From Tepidisphaera sp. (lineage in GTDB: Bacteria; Planctomycetota; Phycisphaerae; Phycisphaerales; UBA1924), in contig CP051526.1 in the NCBI GenBank assembly GCA_050916045.1, forward strand, positions 3,168,001-3,232,000: DNA of 64,000 nt, written 5' to 3'. Each line of letters starts with the position of its first letter. Position 1 is the stretch's first letter. Below are positions 37,520 through 48,970 of the stretch, one piece after another. The position numbers and the translations under genes were made by a program. Below the pieces are notes generated by a model that saw nothing but the letters and a program-made list of their open reading frames with translations, searched no databases and had not been told where the DNA came from.

Positions 37520-37852
37520 TCAGGGCGTCGGAGAGGGCGGAATCCGCGAAGCGACCCAGACCGCCAGGCCGGCCTGAATGGCGAGGCACGCTACCGCGAA
37601 GCACGCGACCACCAGCGCCACCTGCATCGTCGGCATTTTCGTTCGGAAAAGCCGCTTGAGCTGGGCGAGTGCTCCCAGGCCCGTGCCGAGCACGGTCGCG
37701 AAGAGCCACGCGATGAAGAAGACTCCGGCCATGGCGCGGCTTGCGGGCAGAAACACCACTCCGGCGGCGCACATCGCCGTCGGAAGCACCACGCCCCACG
37801 CGAGCGGCGACCACCACGAGGGCACCGGCTCAGGGTTGGGGTTCGGATCCAT
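37520..37852 (-). CDS. Small membrane hypothetical protein
   Basis: Three hydrophobic segments; follows the MFS gene in the same orientation. Confidence 0.55.
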   Translation of the reverse strand: MDPNPNPEPVPSWWSPLAWGVVLPTAMCAAGVVFLPASRAMAGVFFIAWLFATVLGTGLGALAQLKRLFRTKMPTMQVALVVACFAVACLAIQAGLAVWVASRIPPSPTP

Positions 37853-37870
37853 GCTTGGCGAGCGTATGGC

Positions 37871-39274
<1,404 letters not shown>

Positions 39275-39382
39275 GGAGTGCCTTTCGATCCGCAGCCGAG
39301 CTGCTCGGGGCACAGTGTACAGAATCGCTGTCGGGCCGCGCGTGGGGTCAGTCCCTGCGAACCCACCGGGCCAGTCGGCTGT

Positions 39383-40171
39383 TTACTGCGTCGGGTTTCG
39401 CATCATCGGGAGCACGACGAGCACCATGATGTCGTAGGCCGCGTGCGTCCCCACGACGATCCCCAGGCCACGCATCAGGAACACCACCCCGAAGTACACC
39501 CCCGCCGCCGTGTAGAAGAAGACGTGCGAAAAGGGGGAGCCGCCCGTGTACGAGACGCCGTGATAGACCGTGAACGCCACCGCCGAGCCGATCACCGCCA
39601 GCGTGCTTGCGGCTGATTCCGGAAGCCGGAGGGCGTCGTGGAAGACCAGGTGAAGCACCGTGATCAGGAGCAGCCGGAAGAGCATTTCCTCGTAAAGCCC
39701 GGCTCCGATCGAGAGCACCACCTTGCTTTGCCAACCCTGAGGAATCCCGTCCACCGCCATCGCCGGCTGAGCCCCGCCGCCGATGCTCATCGACGTGATG
39801 AGACCCAGGACCAGGAGCGGGATCATCCAGAGGAGCGATTCGCACGCCATCCCGCCCAGGACGGCGGGTTTCGGCTTCCAAGGCTTGCGCGTGAAGATGT
39901 GCCACACGGCGAGCACCACGAGCAGAAGCACGCCGGGCAGGTACAAGCTGGAAGAGCCGAAGACCTCGAAGAGGCGAGAAAGCGTGCGGTGGGCGAGGAT
40001 CGTCTCGCGGAGCGTGCCGTCTCGCGAGGAGAGGAACAGGACCAGCCCGATCTCGTAGACCAGCACGAGCGGCAGGACGAAAAGCAGGCAGTGGAGCGGC
40101 CCGGAGCTGAGCTTGCCGTACGAATCGACGTCCGGACCAAGCCTGCGCGTGTTTCTCGTGTCCTTCGCCAT
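39383..40171 (-). CDS. CPBP (CAAX protease-like) intramembrane glutamic endopeptidase
   Basis: GAGLYEEMLFR, F..YH, RGLGIVVGTHAAYD. Confidence 0.87.
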   Translation of the reverse strand: MAKDTRNTRRLGPDVDSYGKLSSGPLHCLLFVLPLVLVYEIGLVLFLSSRDGTLRETILAHRTLSRLFEVFGSSSLYLPGVLLLVVLAVWHIFTRKPWKPKPAVLGGMACESLLWMIPLLVLGLITSMSIGGGAQPAMAVDGIPQGWQSKVVLSIGAGLYEEMLFRLLLITVLHLVFHDALRLPESAASTLAVIGSAVAFTVYHGVSYTGGSPFSHVFFYTAAGVYFGVVFLMRGLGIVVGTHAAYDIMVLVVLPMMRNPTQ

Positions 40172-40223
40172 CGACGCCCCCACAGTACACACGCCCCGCA
40201 AGAGAGGGCCGGCTCGGCGCATG

Positions 40224-40250
40224 AAAAAACCCGGCCAGTGGAGGCCGGGT
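40224..40250 (-). terminator. Intrinsic terminator after rpsT
   Basis: ACCCGGCC-6 nt-GGCCGGGT stem running into a U-tract on the minus strand. Confidence 0.8.
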
Positions 40251-40274
40251 CTTCGTTCAGTTCGGGGAAGTCGC

Positions 40275-40583
40275 TTAGTTCTTCTTCATCGGCTTGGCCG
40301 AGGAGGAAGCCTTGGTCACGCCCTGCTTGACCTTGAGCTTGGCGACGAGGCGGCTCTTGCGGCGGGCGGCCTGGTTCTTGTGGATCGTGCCGCGCTGTGC
40401 GGTGCGGTCGATGACCTTCTGGCAGACGAGGTACGCGGCTTTGGCTTCATCCGGCGTGCCGTGGAGGATCTTCTCGGCGAAGTCCTTGAGCGAAGCCCGC
40501 ATCGCGCGAAGGCGCCAGCGGTTGAGCGCGCGGCGCTTGAGGTTCTGACGGATTCGCTTCTGAGCGGTGCGGGAGTGAGCCAT
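40275..40583 (-). CDS. rpsT: 30S ribosomal protein S20
   Basis: MAHSRTAQKRIRQNLKRRALNR...IHKNQAARRKSRL. Confidence 0.96.
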   Translation of the reverse strand: MAHSRTAQKRIRQNLKRRALNRWRLRAMRASLKDFAEKILHGTPDEAKAAYLVCQKVIDRTAQRGTIHKNQAARRKSRLVAKLKVKQGVTKASSSAKPMKKN

Positions 40584-40780
40584 ATCGATCGTGTCCTCGA
40601 AGAACGTTGGTACAGGTCAGGAGCCCGGTCCGCGGCCGACGCCGACGGTCCACCCGGGAACCTCAATTCTTGCCGACTGCCCGGCGGAATCAAGACCCCC
40701 GCAAAGGTTCTACCCATCGGGCTTGCCGAACTCGACCTTGCGCGATACTGTACCGGTTCAGCGCGGGATCGCCCGTGTCT

Positions 40781-40854
40781 GTGGGCGTAGCTCAATTGGA
40801 TAGAGCACCTGACTACGGATCAGGAGGTTGAGGGTTCGACTCCTTCCGCCCACG
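40781..40854 (+). tRNA. tRNA-Arg (anticodon ACG)
   Basis: GTGGGCG/CGCCCAC acceptor, TAGCTCAATTGGATAGAGC D arm, CCTGA-CTACGGA-TCAGG, GGTTCGACTCC. CCA not encoded. Confidence 0.96.
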
Positions 40855-40893
40855 CTTTCAACCCTGTCGGCCACACCGACAAACCCAAACGAA

Positions 40894-40934
40894 GACCGAG
40901 CCCGGCGCGAAATCGCCGGGCTCGGTCGTTTTTT
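40894..40934 (+). terminator. Intrinsic terminator after tRNA-Arg
   Basis: 14-bp stem GACCGAGCCCGGCG/CGCCGGGCTCGGTC followed by G and T6. Confidence 0.85.
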
Positions 40935-40973
40935 CCTTCCCAAAGTGAATCGCTGCAACTTGATCGAGCGAAG

Positions 40974-40998
40974 CAGATGTATAAAACATCTGTTTGAA
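40974..40998. promoter_or_regulatory. Putative TetR-type operator (overlapping palindromes CAGATGT-N5-ACATCTG and AAACA-TC-TGTTT)
   Basis: AT-rich dyads immediately upstream of the TetR gene. Confidence 0.55.
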
Positions 40999-41006
40999 TC
41001 GATCGT

Positions 41007-41705
41007 ATGTCGCACCTCTCCTCCAACCCCTTGCCCGGCGACCCGCCTGTTCAGGCGGGTCGCGATCCACACGACATTCGTGAGCGGATCATGGAAGCCG
41101 CGGGCCAGGTGATCGCGGAGGTCGGATTTCGCAACGCGACGGTGCGGGACATCTGTGCCCGCGCGGGAGCGAACGTCGCCGCGGTCAATTACCACTTTCG
41201 CGACAAGCACGGGCTTTACGCCGAGGTCTTTGAGCGGGCGCGGTGCGACGCGGAAGCCGAGTGGCTGAGGGCGATCGAGCGCGGGGGACACCTGCCGGCG
41301 GATCGCAGGCTGGGGATGTTCATCGCGGGTTTCGTGCACAAGCTTCTGGACCCGGGCCGTCCGGGGTGGCACGCCAAGCTCATCGGTCGAGAGATGATCG
41401 AGCCCACCGGTGCGCTCGACGCGATCGTGGAGCGGTCGATCCGTCCGCAGTTCGAGCTTTTGTGTTCGATCGTGGCCGAGATGATGGACGCGGCCCCGGC
41501 GTCGCACCATGTGTACCTGTGCGCCGCAAGCGTGATCGGGCAGTGCCTGCACTACCACCACACGCGCGAGGTCACCAACCGCCTTTATCCGGGCTTTTTC
41601 GATCAACCGGGCGTCATCGATCTGATCACCGGGCACGTGACCGCGTTCACGCTTCACGCGATTCGCGGAATGGCCGCGGATCTCCGCAAAGGTGGTGCTT
41701 CGTGA
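41007..41705 (+). CDS. TetR family regulator with CerR/DUF1956-type C-terminus
   Basis: RERIMEAA..GFRNATVRDICARAGANVAAVNYHFRDKHGLY, REMIEPT, SVIGQCLHY. Confidence 0.9.
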   Translation: MSHLSSNPLPGDPPVQAGRDPHDIRERIMEAAGQVIAEVGFRNATVRDICARAGANVAAVNYHFRDKHGLYAEVFERARCDAEAEWLRAIERGGHLPADRRLGMFIAGFVHKLLDPGRPGWHAKLIGREMIEPTGALDAIVERSIRPQFELLCSIVAEMMDAAPASHHVYLCAASVIGQCLHYHHTREVTNRLYPGFFDQPGVIDLITGHVTAFTLHAIRGMAADLRKGGAS

Positions 41706-42853
41706 ATCTGATCGCGCTGCGCATGCTGATGGGTGACCGGGCGAAGTACTTCGGCATCCTGATCGGGCTCACGTTCGCGAGCCTGCTGATCACCCAGCAG
41801 GGAGCGATCTTCCTTGGCCTGACCGCGCGAACCTATCAGTTCGTGACCGACACGCCGCAGGGTGACCTCTGGGTCATGGACCCGGAGATGGAGCACCACT
41901 CCGACAGCAAGAAGATGCGGGAAGCGACGCTCGACCGCGTCCGGAGCGTCGACGGCGTCGAGTGGGCCGTGCCGATGTACCGCGCGTTTGCCACGCTTCG
42001 CCTGCCCAACGGTTCGCTCCGCACGTGCATTCTGGTCGGCGTGGACGACGCATCCCTGCTTGGCATCCCCGGCGAGTTCGTCGAGGGGTCGGCGGACTCG
42101 CTCCGCCGCGATGCGGGCATCGTCGTCGACGCCGCGACCGTCGGCAAGTCGCTTGGCATCAAGCAGCCCGGGGGCGGGAAGCGTCCCCTTGAGGTCGGCG
42201 ATGTGCTCGAGCTCAACGACACGCGGGCGGTGGTCGTGGGAACAGTGGCCCAGCGGCCGAGTTTCTTCTGGGAACCGACGATCTACACGACGTTCAGCCG
42301 TGCCAAGCAGTTCGCGCCGACCGAGCGGCGGCAGCTGACGTTCGTCATGGTCAAGGTGAAGGACGGGTTTGACCCCGCCACCGTGCAGCGCGGCATCGAG
42401 TCCGCCACGGGGACGATGGCGCTCACGCAGAGCCAGTTCGCCACCAAGTCGGCGATGTACATCCTGACGCAGACCGGGATCCTGATCAACTTCGCGATCG
42501 CGGTGGGCCTGGGCTTTCTTGTCGGCGCCGCCATCGCCGGACAGACCTTCTTCAACTTCGTCAACGACAACATGCGGTACTTCGCGGCTCTCAAAGCCAT
42601 CGGGGCTTCTGACGGCACGCTCGCCCGGATGGTCCTGCTCCAGTCGCTTGTCGCGGCGGGGATCGGGTTCGGTCTGGGCGCCGGCGCCGCGGGCCTCTTC
42701 GGTCAGAGCGTGGGCGACTCCCTCGCGTTCCACATGCCTTGGGGCTTGGTCGTCTTCAGCGGCGTGCTGGTCACCGGGATCGCCATCGGCGCCGCGGTCC
42801 TGAGCATCCGCAAACTCGCACGCCTCGAACCCGCCATTGTCTTCAAAGCGTAA
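41702..42853 (+). CDS. ABC transporter permease, DevC/MacB-like
   Basis: GTG overlaps the TetR stop; IALRMLMGDRAKY, LWVMDP, LKAIGA, LEPAIVFK. Confidence 0.9.
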   Translation: MNLIALRMLMGDRAKYFGILIGLTFASLLITQQGAIFLGLTARTYQFVTDTPQGDLWVMDPEMEHHSDSKKMREATLDRVRSVDGVEWAVPMYRAFATLRLPNGSLRTCILVGVDDASLLGIPGEFVEGSADSLRRDAGIVVDAATVGKSLGIKQPGGGKRPLEVGDVLELNDTRAVVVGTVAQRPSFFWEPTIYTTFSRAKQFAPTERRQLTFVMVKVKDGFDPATVQRGIESATGTMALTQSQFATKSAMYILTQTGILINFAIAVGLGFLVGAAIAGQTFFNFVNDNMRYFAALKAIGASDGTLARMVLLQSLVAAGIGFGLGAGAAGLFGQSVGDSLAFHMPWGLVVFSGVLVTGIAIGAAVLSIRKLARLEPAIVFKA

Positions 42854-42872
42854 AGGACACCTCGAACCCGCC

Positions 42873-44036
42873 ATGTTCCGCATCTGCCTCAAAATGCTGT
42901 TCAACGACCGCGCGAAGTTCTTCGGCATCCTCATGGGTGTCATGCTCGCGTCCCTGGTCATCACGCAGCAGGGGTCGATCTTCGTCGGGATCATGCACCG
43001 GGCGTGCAGCATCATCTCCGACATGCCCGCGGCGGAGATATGGGTCATGGATCCCAAGGTCCAGTACATCGAGGACCAGAAACCCATGACGGCGACGCAG
43101 CTTCCCCGCGTCCGCGGCGTCGAGGGCATCGAGTGGGCGATGCCGTTCTACAAAGGCCAGATCCGCGCCCGCCTCGACAACGGGCAGGTGATCAACTGTG
43201 TGCTTCTTGGGTACGACGACGCCACCCTCGTCGGCGGACCGAGCGAGATGGCGCAGGGCAGGCTCGAGGATCTCCGCGGCGCCGATGCCGTCATCGTCGA
43301 CGAGGTCGCCGCCAACGGCCGTCTGGCCAAACCCCCCACCACACCCGGCGGCCAGCCCACGCCGCTCCAGATCGGTGACACGCTTGAGCTCAACGACAAT
43401 CGCGCCGTGGTCGTGGGCATCGCGCGGATGACGCGGTCGTTCCAGAACCTCCCCGCGATCGTCACCACCTACTCGCGAGCGACCACCATGGCTCCCCGCG
43501 AGCGGCGGAACCTCTCGTACATCCTGGTGAAGCCCGCTCCGGGCGTGGACAAGGCGGAGCTCTGCCGCCGGATCACCGAAACCACGGGCTTGGCCGCGTA
43601 CACCTCGCTTGAGTTCAGGTGGATGACGGTCAACTACTTCCTGAAGTACACCGGCATTCCGATCAACTTCGGTCTGGCGGTCGGCCTGGGCTTCCTCGTG
43701 GGCACGGTCATCACCGGCTTTATGTTCTACAACTTCACGCTCGACAATCTCCGGTACTTTGCGACCTTCAAAGCCATGGGCGCGTCGGACGTGCGCCTGA
43801 TGCTGATGCTCCTGCTTCAAGCGGTGACGGTCGGCCTGCTGGGGTTTGGCTTGGGTGTGGGCCTCACGGGGCTGTTCGGCATCTCGACGCAGAACGCTCC
43901 GATCGCGTTCTTCCTCACGTGGCAGCTCCTCGTCGTCGCGGGCTGCGCGATCATCATCATCTGCATGCTTTCCGCGATGCTTGCGATCCGAAAGGTCATC
44001 CGGCTTGAGCCGGGCGTCGTCTTCAAGGGCGCGTAA
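42873..44036 (+). CDS. ABC transporter permease, DevC/MacB-like (paralogue of the preceding gene)
   Basis: ICLKMLFNDRAKF, IWVMDP, FKAMGA, LEPGVVFK. Confidence 0.9.
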   Translation: MFRICLKMLFNDRAKFFGILMGVMLASLVITQQGSIFVGIMHRACSIISDMPAAEIWVMDPKVQYIEDQKPMTATQLPRVRGVEGIEWAMPFYKGQIRARLDNGQVINCVLLGYDDATLVGGPSEMAQGRLEDLRGADAVIVDEVAANGRLAKPPTTPGGQPTPLQIGDTLELNDNRAVVVGIARMTRSFQNLPAIVTTYSRATTMAPRERRNLSYILVKPAPGVDKAELCRRITETTGLAAYTSLEFRWMTVNYFLKYTGIPINFGLAVGLGFLVGTVITGFMFYNFTLDNLRYFATFKAMGASDVRLMLMLLLQAVTVGLLGFGLGVGLTGLFGISTQNAPIAFFLTWQLLVVAGCAIIIICMLSAMLAIRKVIRLEPGVVFKGA

Positions 44037-44048
44037 CAGAGAACCACC

Positions 44049-44798
44049 ATGTCCGCCATCACCATGCCATCCACACCCGCTTCCACCGGTTCAACTCCGC
44101 GTCCCAAAGCGGTCGATTGCCGGGCCGTGCAGAAGAGCTACGGCACCGGCCAAGCCGTCGTCCGGGCGCTCCGCGGCGTCGACCTTGATGTCTATTCGGG
44201 CGAGCTTCTGATGCTGGTGGGCCCTTCGGGCTGCGGCAAGACGACGCTCATCTCGATCATCGCGGGCGTTCTTGACCGCGATGCCGGCGAGTGCCGCGTC
44301 TTCGACCAGGACTTTGAGAAGCTCTCGCCCTCGGCCCGCGTCCGCTTCCGCGGGAAGACCATCGGATTTGTCTTCCAGTCCTTCAACCTGATCCCCACGC
44401 TCACCATCGCCGAGAACGTCGCGGTGCCTCTGCTGCTTCAGGGCGTCTCGCGGTCCGAAGCCATCGACCGCGCCCGCGCCATCCTCGACAAGGTCGGCCT
44501 CGGCGACCGCTGGCGGGATTCCTCGAACAAGCTCTCGGGCGGCCAGCAGCAGCGCGTTGCGATTTCCCGCGCGATCGTGCACAGCCCCAAGCTCATCGTC
44601 TGCGACGAGCCCACCAGCGCCCTCGACCACGCCACCGGCGAGAAGGTCATGGAGCTTCTCAAGGAAGCGGCCGTCGGCGAAGGCCGAAGCCTGATCGTCG
44701 TCACGCACGACAACCGCATTTTCCAGCACGCCGACCGCATCGCCCACATGGACGACGGCCGTATCGACAAGATCGTCACCGACCCCTCGCAGCTCTGA
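44049..44798 (+). CDS. ABC transporter ATP-binding protein, DevA/LolD-like
   Basis: GPSGCGKTT, LSGGQQQRVAI, CDEPTSALD, VTHD. Confidence 0.95.
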   Translation: MSAITMPSTPASTGSTPRPKAVDCRAVQKSYGTGQAVVRALRGVDLDVYSGELLMLVGPSGCGKTTLISIIAGVLDRDAGECRVFDQDFEKLSPSARVRFRGKTIGFVFQSFNLIPTLTIAENVAVPLLLQGVSRSEAIDRARAILDKVGLGDRWRDSSNKLSGGQQQRVAISRAIVHSPKLIVCDEPTSALDHATGEKVMELLKEAAVGEGRSLIVVTHDNRIFQHADRIAHMDDGRIDKIVTDPSQL

Positions 44799-44834
44799 AC
44801 GCGCACCAAGCCCTTCGTCAGATTGGAGCACGCC

Positions 44835-46004
44835 ATGTCCGCCATCATCAAGTTCGCGTCCGACACCGCCAAGACCTACACCATCCCCCTGCTCGCGATC
44901 GCCGGCATGGGGATGGCCGCGTTCACCGTCGTCAAGTCCTCGCGGCCCACCATCCCGACGCCGCCCGTCAGCGAGCCGCCGAAGACGCCGTTTGAAAGCT
45001 CAGTCGCCGGATCCGGCATCGTCGAGCCCAACTCCCAGAACATCGCCGTCGGCACGCCCGTCGCCGGCATCGTGCAGTCCGTCGCCGTCCGCGCCGGCGA
45101 CGACGTCAAGGCCGGCGACACGCTCTTCACCATCGACTCCAGAGAGATTCAGGCCGAGCTCGCCGCTCGCCAGGCCGCTCTGGCCGCACGGCAGGCGGCT
45201 CTCCGGGTCGCCGCGGCCAAGCTCGAAGCGCTCCGCGCGTACCCGAGGCCGGAGTCCATCCCGCCCGCGGAAGCCAAGGTCGCCGAGATCGCGGCTCTCC
45301 TCAGCGACGCCGAAGCCCAGCTCGCCAAGTGGGAGAACGTCGCCGACCCCCGCGCCGTCTCCGAAGACACCGTCAACCAGAAGCGTTTCGCCGTCCAGAC
45401 GCAGAAAGCCCGCCTCACGGCCGCACAGGCCGACCTCGCCCTCGTCAAAGCCGGGACGTTCAAGCCCGAGATCGATGCAGCTCAGGCTTCCGTCGATGAA
45501 GCCGCGTCCACCGTCGCCACCGCGCAGGCCGACCTTGACGCCATCCGCGTCGAGCTCGACCGCCGCACCGTGAAAGCGTCCGTCACGGGCAAGGTCCTCC
45601 AGGTGAACATCCGCCCCGGAGAGTTCGCTCAGGCCGGCTCGGTCCAGACGCCCCACCTCATCCTGGGCTCACTCTCCCCGCTGCACGTTCGCGTCGACGT
45701 TGACGAGAACGAAGCGTGGCGGGTCGGCGAGGGCCGCAACGCGGTGGCTTTCCTCCGCGGCAACAGCGACTTCAAGGCTTCGCTCCAATTCGTGCGGTTC
45801 GAGCCGTACATCGTGCCCAAGAAGTCCCTCACGGGCGAAAGCACCGAACGCGTCGACACCCGCGTCCTGCAGATCATCTTCGCGGTCGACCAGGCCGATT
45901 TCCCCATGTTCGTGGGGCAGCAGGTCGACGCGTACATCGAAGCCGCGCCCCGGCGCGCGAGCAAAAGCGAGCAGCCGTTCCCCGCGGCGTCGCCCGCCAA
46001 GTAG
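44835..46004 (+). CDS. HlyD/DevB family membrane fusion protein
   Basis: N-terminal TM, lipoyl-like half motifs, long coiled coil, ERVDTRVLQ. Confidence 0.9.
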   Translation: MSAIIKFASDTAKTYTIPLLAIAGMGMAAFTVVKSSRPTIPTPPVSEPPKTPFESSVAGSGIVEPNSQNIAVGTPVAGIVQSVAVRAGDDVKAGDTLFTIDSREIQAELAARQAALAARQAALRVAAAKLEALRAYPRPESIPPAEAKVAEIAALLSDAEAQLAKWENVADPRAVSEDTVNQKRFAVQTQKARLTAAQADLALVKAGTFKPEIDAAQASVDEAASTVATAQADLDAIRVELDRRTVKASVTGKVLQVNIRPGEFAQAGSVQTPHLILGSLSPLHVRVDVDENEAWRVGEGRNAVAFLRGNSDFKASLQFVRFEPYIVPKKSLTGESTERVDTRVLQIIFAVDQADFPMFVGQQVDAYIEAAPRRASKSEQPFPAASPAK

Positions 46005-46083
46005 AACACCGACCGTCCGTTCTCTAGACTCTCCCGCTTCGCCACACGCGAGGCGCAAAGCACCAGCTTTCGACAGGAAACCC

Positions 46084-47580
46084 ATGAACCGCTCGTCCAC
46101 GACCGCCGCTCTCTCAGCCGCCGCTCTTGCGCTTCTCGCGGGCTGCACCGTCGGCCCCGAGTACGCCAAGCCCGGGATCGAGATTCCCGGTTCGTTCACC
46201 GCGGGGCAGGAGATCTCCGCGAACATCCCGCGCGATGACTCCAAGGGCGCCCCGCCGCAGCCTGCTCAGCTTCCCGTGGCCAGCACCGCCGATCTGGCGA
46301 ACTGGTGGACCACCATGGGCGACGAGACGCTGACCGGGCTCATCGGGTCCGCACTGCAAGCCAATCACGACATCCGCCTCGCGGTCGCGCGTCTGGACGA
46401 ATCGCGGGCGCTCGTGGGGATCGCCCGCGCCGAACGCGGCGTGCAGATCGACGCGGACGGACGCTTTTCCCGGAGCCGCGGCAGCGAGACGACCACCAAC
46501 GGCTCCCGATTCCAGTCCGACGTGGACGATGAGTTCCGCGCGGGCGTCAGTGCTTCGTGGGAGGTTGATTTCTTCGGCCGCGTGCGTCGATCCGTGCAGG
46601 CCGCCCGTGCGGACCTCGATGCGGCCGAAGCGTCGGTGAACGACGCGCATGTGCTCATCGCGGCGGACGTCGCGCAACGCTACGTCGAACTCCGCGGGGC
46701 GCAGCAGCGGCTTGAGGTCAACCGCCGCGCCATCGCCGTTCGCGAGCAGACGCTCGATCTCTCCAAAGCCCTGCTGAAGACGGGCCTCGCCGCCGAGTTC
46801 GATGTAGCTCAGGCCGAAGCCGAGCTTGCTTCGAGGCGCGCGGCTTCACCCGTCTTCGAAGCCCAGATCCGTCAGAACGCGCACGCGCTGGCGGTTCTGT
46901 GCGGCAAGTCGGCTGCGGACCTCCTTGAGCTGACGACGGCTTCGGGACCGATCCCCGTTCCGCCCGCTTCGCTTGCTCTGGGAGTTCCGGCGGACCTGCT
47001 GATGCGACGGCCGGATCTGCGGCGGGCCGAGCGGCAACTGGCCGCGGCGACGGCTCGCATCGGGGTGGCGACGGCGGATCTCTACCCGCGATTCTCGCTG
47101 CTCGGGTCGTTCGCGATGGAGTCCGCCAACGCGGGGGACTTCGCGGACCTCGACAGCCGTTCGTACTCGTTCGGGCCCTCGGTGACGTGGTCGGTCTTCA
47201 ACAACGGACGCGTCAAGTCGAACATCGACGCCGCCGACGCCCGCACGACCCAATCGCTGATCGCTTACGAACAGGCGGTGCTCGTCGCGATCCGCGAAGC
47301 CGAGGACGCGCTGGTCGGGCTTTCCAGCGAGCGCACGAGGCTCGATTCACTCCAGACCGCGGTCAAGTCCAACGAGCGCGCGGTGGAGCTTGCCGAATCG
47401 CTCTTCAAGACCGGCCTGAGCGCGCTCACGCCCGTGCTCGACAACCAGCGCCGGTTGTACGACGCGGAGGACCAAGCCGCGCAGAGCCGCACCGCCGTCG
47501 CGACCAGCGCCGTGGCGGTGTACAAAGCTCTCGGCGGCGGATGGCAGCCGCGCGAGCCGCGGAAAGAAAGCCGTCAGTAA
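46084..47580 (+). CDS. Outer membrane efflux lipoprotein (NodT/OprM/TolC family)
   Basis: LAGCTVGPEY lipobox, SWEVDFFG, PADLLMRRPDLR, YKALGGGW. Confidence 0.93.
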   Translation: MNRSSTTAALSAAALALLAGCTVGPEYAKPGIEIPGSFTAGQEISANIPRDDSKGAPPQPAQLPVASTADLANWWTTMGDETLTGLIGSALQANHDIRLAVARLDESRALVGIARAERGVQIDADGRFSRSRGSETTTNGSRFQSDVDDEFRAGVSASWEVDFFGRVRRSVQAARADLDAAEASVNDAHVLIAADVAQRYVELRGAQQRLEVNRRAIAVREQTLDLSKALLKTGLAAEFDVAQAEAELASRRAASPVFEAQIRQNAHALAVLCGKSAADLLELTTASGPIPVPPASLALGVPADLLMRRPDLRRAERQLAAATARIGVATADLYPRFSLLGSFAMESANAGDFADLDSRSYSFGPSVTWSVFNNGRVKSNIDAADARTTQSLIAYEQAVLVAIREAEDALVGLSSERTRLDSLQTAVKSNERAVELAESLFKTGLSALTPVLDNQRRLYDAEDQAAQSRTAVATSAVAVYKALGGGWQPREPRKESRQ

Positions 47581-47587
47581 GTCCCGC

Positions 47588-48970
47588 TCAGAACGCCACG
47601 CCAACCTGGATCCCAAGCAGCGTCGCATCGTCGATGCTCGCGCGGCCGGAAGGGTTGATGATGTGCTGCACGAAGGGCTGGACGTACATCCACGGAGTGA
47701 CCTGGGCTTTGTAGTAGAGTTCGAACAGGTGCTCATCGCGATCGGCGCCCGTCAGCACGTCCTTGCTCGCGTCGATCATGGACCAGTAGAAGCCCGCGCC
47801 GTCATCGCTTCGGGCGCTGCACGTGCCCTTGAGCGTCACGCCCGCGGCGACGTGCTGTCCGATCACCGTCACGTCCTTGTCGGCCCAGCCGTACTGGCCG
47901 AAGATGAAAAGGCCCTTGTCCTTGTTCTCATCGTCGGAGCCGCGGCGCCAGAGCTGCTGTTCGGCCAGGGCGTAGAAGCCCTCGGCACCTTCGTCCACCC
48001 CGCCGTCAAACCGGGCGAAATCACCCGTCGCGTACCAGCCGCCGATCGCGGCCCGTCCGCCGCCGGTTTCGCCGCAGTCCCACGAGTATCCCGTTTCGGC
48101 GATCCAGTACCAGGACTGGCTGCGTGAATCGCTGAAGAAGTCCGCCGGACCGCGCCCGCCGGTGCGGATGCCGTCCTGCGTCGCACCGTCGAAGAACCCG
48201 CCGCCCACGTACCACGATTCGGTCGGGTACACGAACGCGACGATGCCGGTGGCCTGGGCCGGGACTGTGGGGATCGAGAGGATGTTGGGTGACACGCCCG
48301 CGGATGAGCTCGTGAAATCGCCGGCCGCGTTGACGAACGCGAACTCGGCGTTCGCGTCGATCTTGCCCGCTTTGAGACGGACCACGCCGTCCCAGAACTC
48401 CTGCTGGAACCACGCTTCACCGATCTCGTCGATGTTGCGGCCGTACTCGATGTTGGACGGAGCCTGGAACGAACCGGCATCGGCGAGGGCGCTGCGTTCA
48501 TCCGACGAGGAGAACGCGACGAAGGCGCTCGCGCCCTTCCAATCGCACATGGCTTCGAAGTCGAACGCGACGTTGAAGTCCCAGAGGGTGCGGGTGCTGG
48601 CTCGCTCGCGTGCGCCGCCTTCGACGACGGAGACGGTGTTCAGGGTGAACGATCCGTTGAAGTTGATGCCGGAATCCTCGAGCTTCTTCCGGGCGCCCCA
48701 CCAGTTGCCGGTCATGCGATCCTGCGACCAGAAGGTGATCTCGGGAGCCGGAGCCGGCTCGGCCGGTTTCGTCTCGGGGGCGCGGTCGCGGTCGCCCTTC
48801 TCGCGGCCGGGCAGGTCCTGCGGCCCGAGTTCACGCTCCATGAACCCCGCCAGCTCGGGCTGGTCTGCCTGCTCGAGCCCGGGGAGGTCGGTCGCGGGCT
48901 GCTCGGGCTGAGCGGCCATCGTGGTGCCGGCAAAGGCGAAGAGGAAAGCGATGCCACAGTTCTTGCGCAT
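47588..48970 (-). CDS. Carbohydrate-selective porin, OprB family
   Basis: Signal peptide, RMTGNWWGARKKLEDSGI, EAWFQQ, GKIDAN, ELYYKAQVTPW..QPFVQHIINP, C-terminal F. Confidence 0.88.
   Translation of the reverse strand: MRKNCGIAFLFAFAGTTMAAQPEQPATDLPGLEQADQPELAGFMERELGPQDLPGREKGDRDRAPETKPAEPAPAPEITFWSQDRMTGNWWGARKKLEDSGINFNGSFTLNTVSVVEGGARERASTRTLWDFNVAFDFEAMCDWKGASAFVAFSSSDERSALADAGSFQAPSNIEYGRNIDEIGEAWFQQEFWDGVVRLKAGKIDANAEFAFVNAAGDFTSSSAGVSPNILSIPTVPAQATGIVAFVYPTESWYVGGGFFDGATQDGIRTGGRGPADFFSDSRSQSWYWIAETGYSWDCGETGGGRAAIGGWYATGDFARFDGGVDEGAEGFYALAEQQLWRRGSDDENKDKGLFIFGQYGWADKDVTVIGQHVAAGVTLKGTCSARSDDGAGFYWSMIDASKDVLTGADRDEHLFELYYKAQVTPWMYVQPFVQHIINPSGRASIDDATLLGIQVGVAF

Noticed and set aside
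40781..47580. tRNA-anchored genomic island after tRNA-Arg (also considered for tRNA-Leu)
   Set aside because: No integrase, no duplicated tRNA 3' end seen, and host-like codon usage in the efflux operon.
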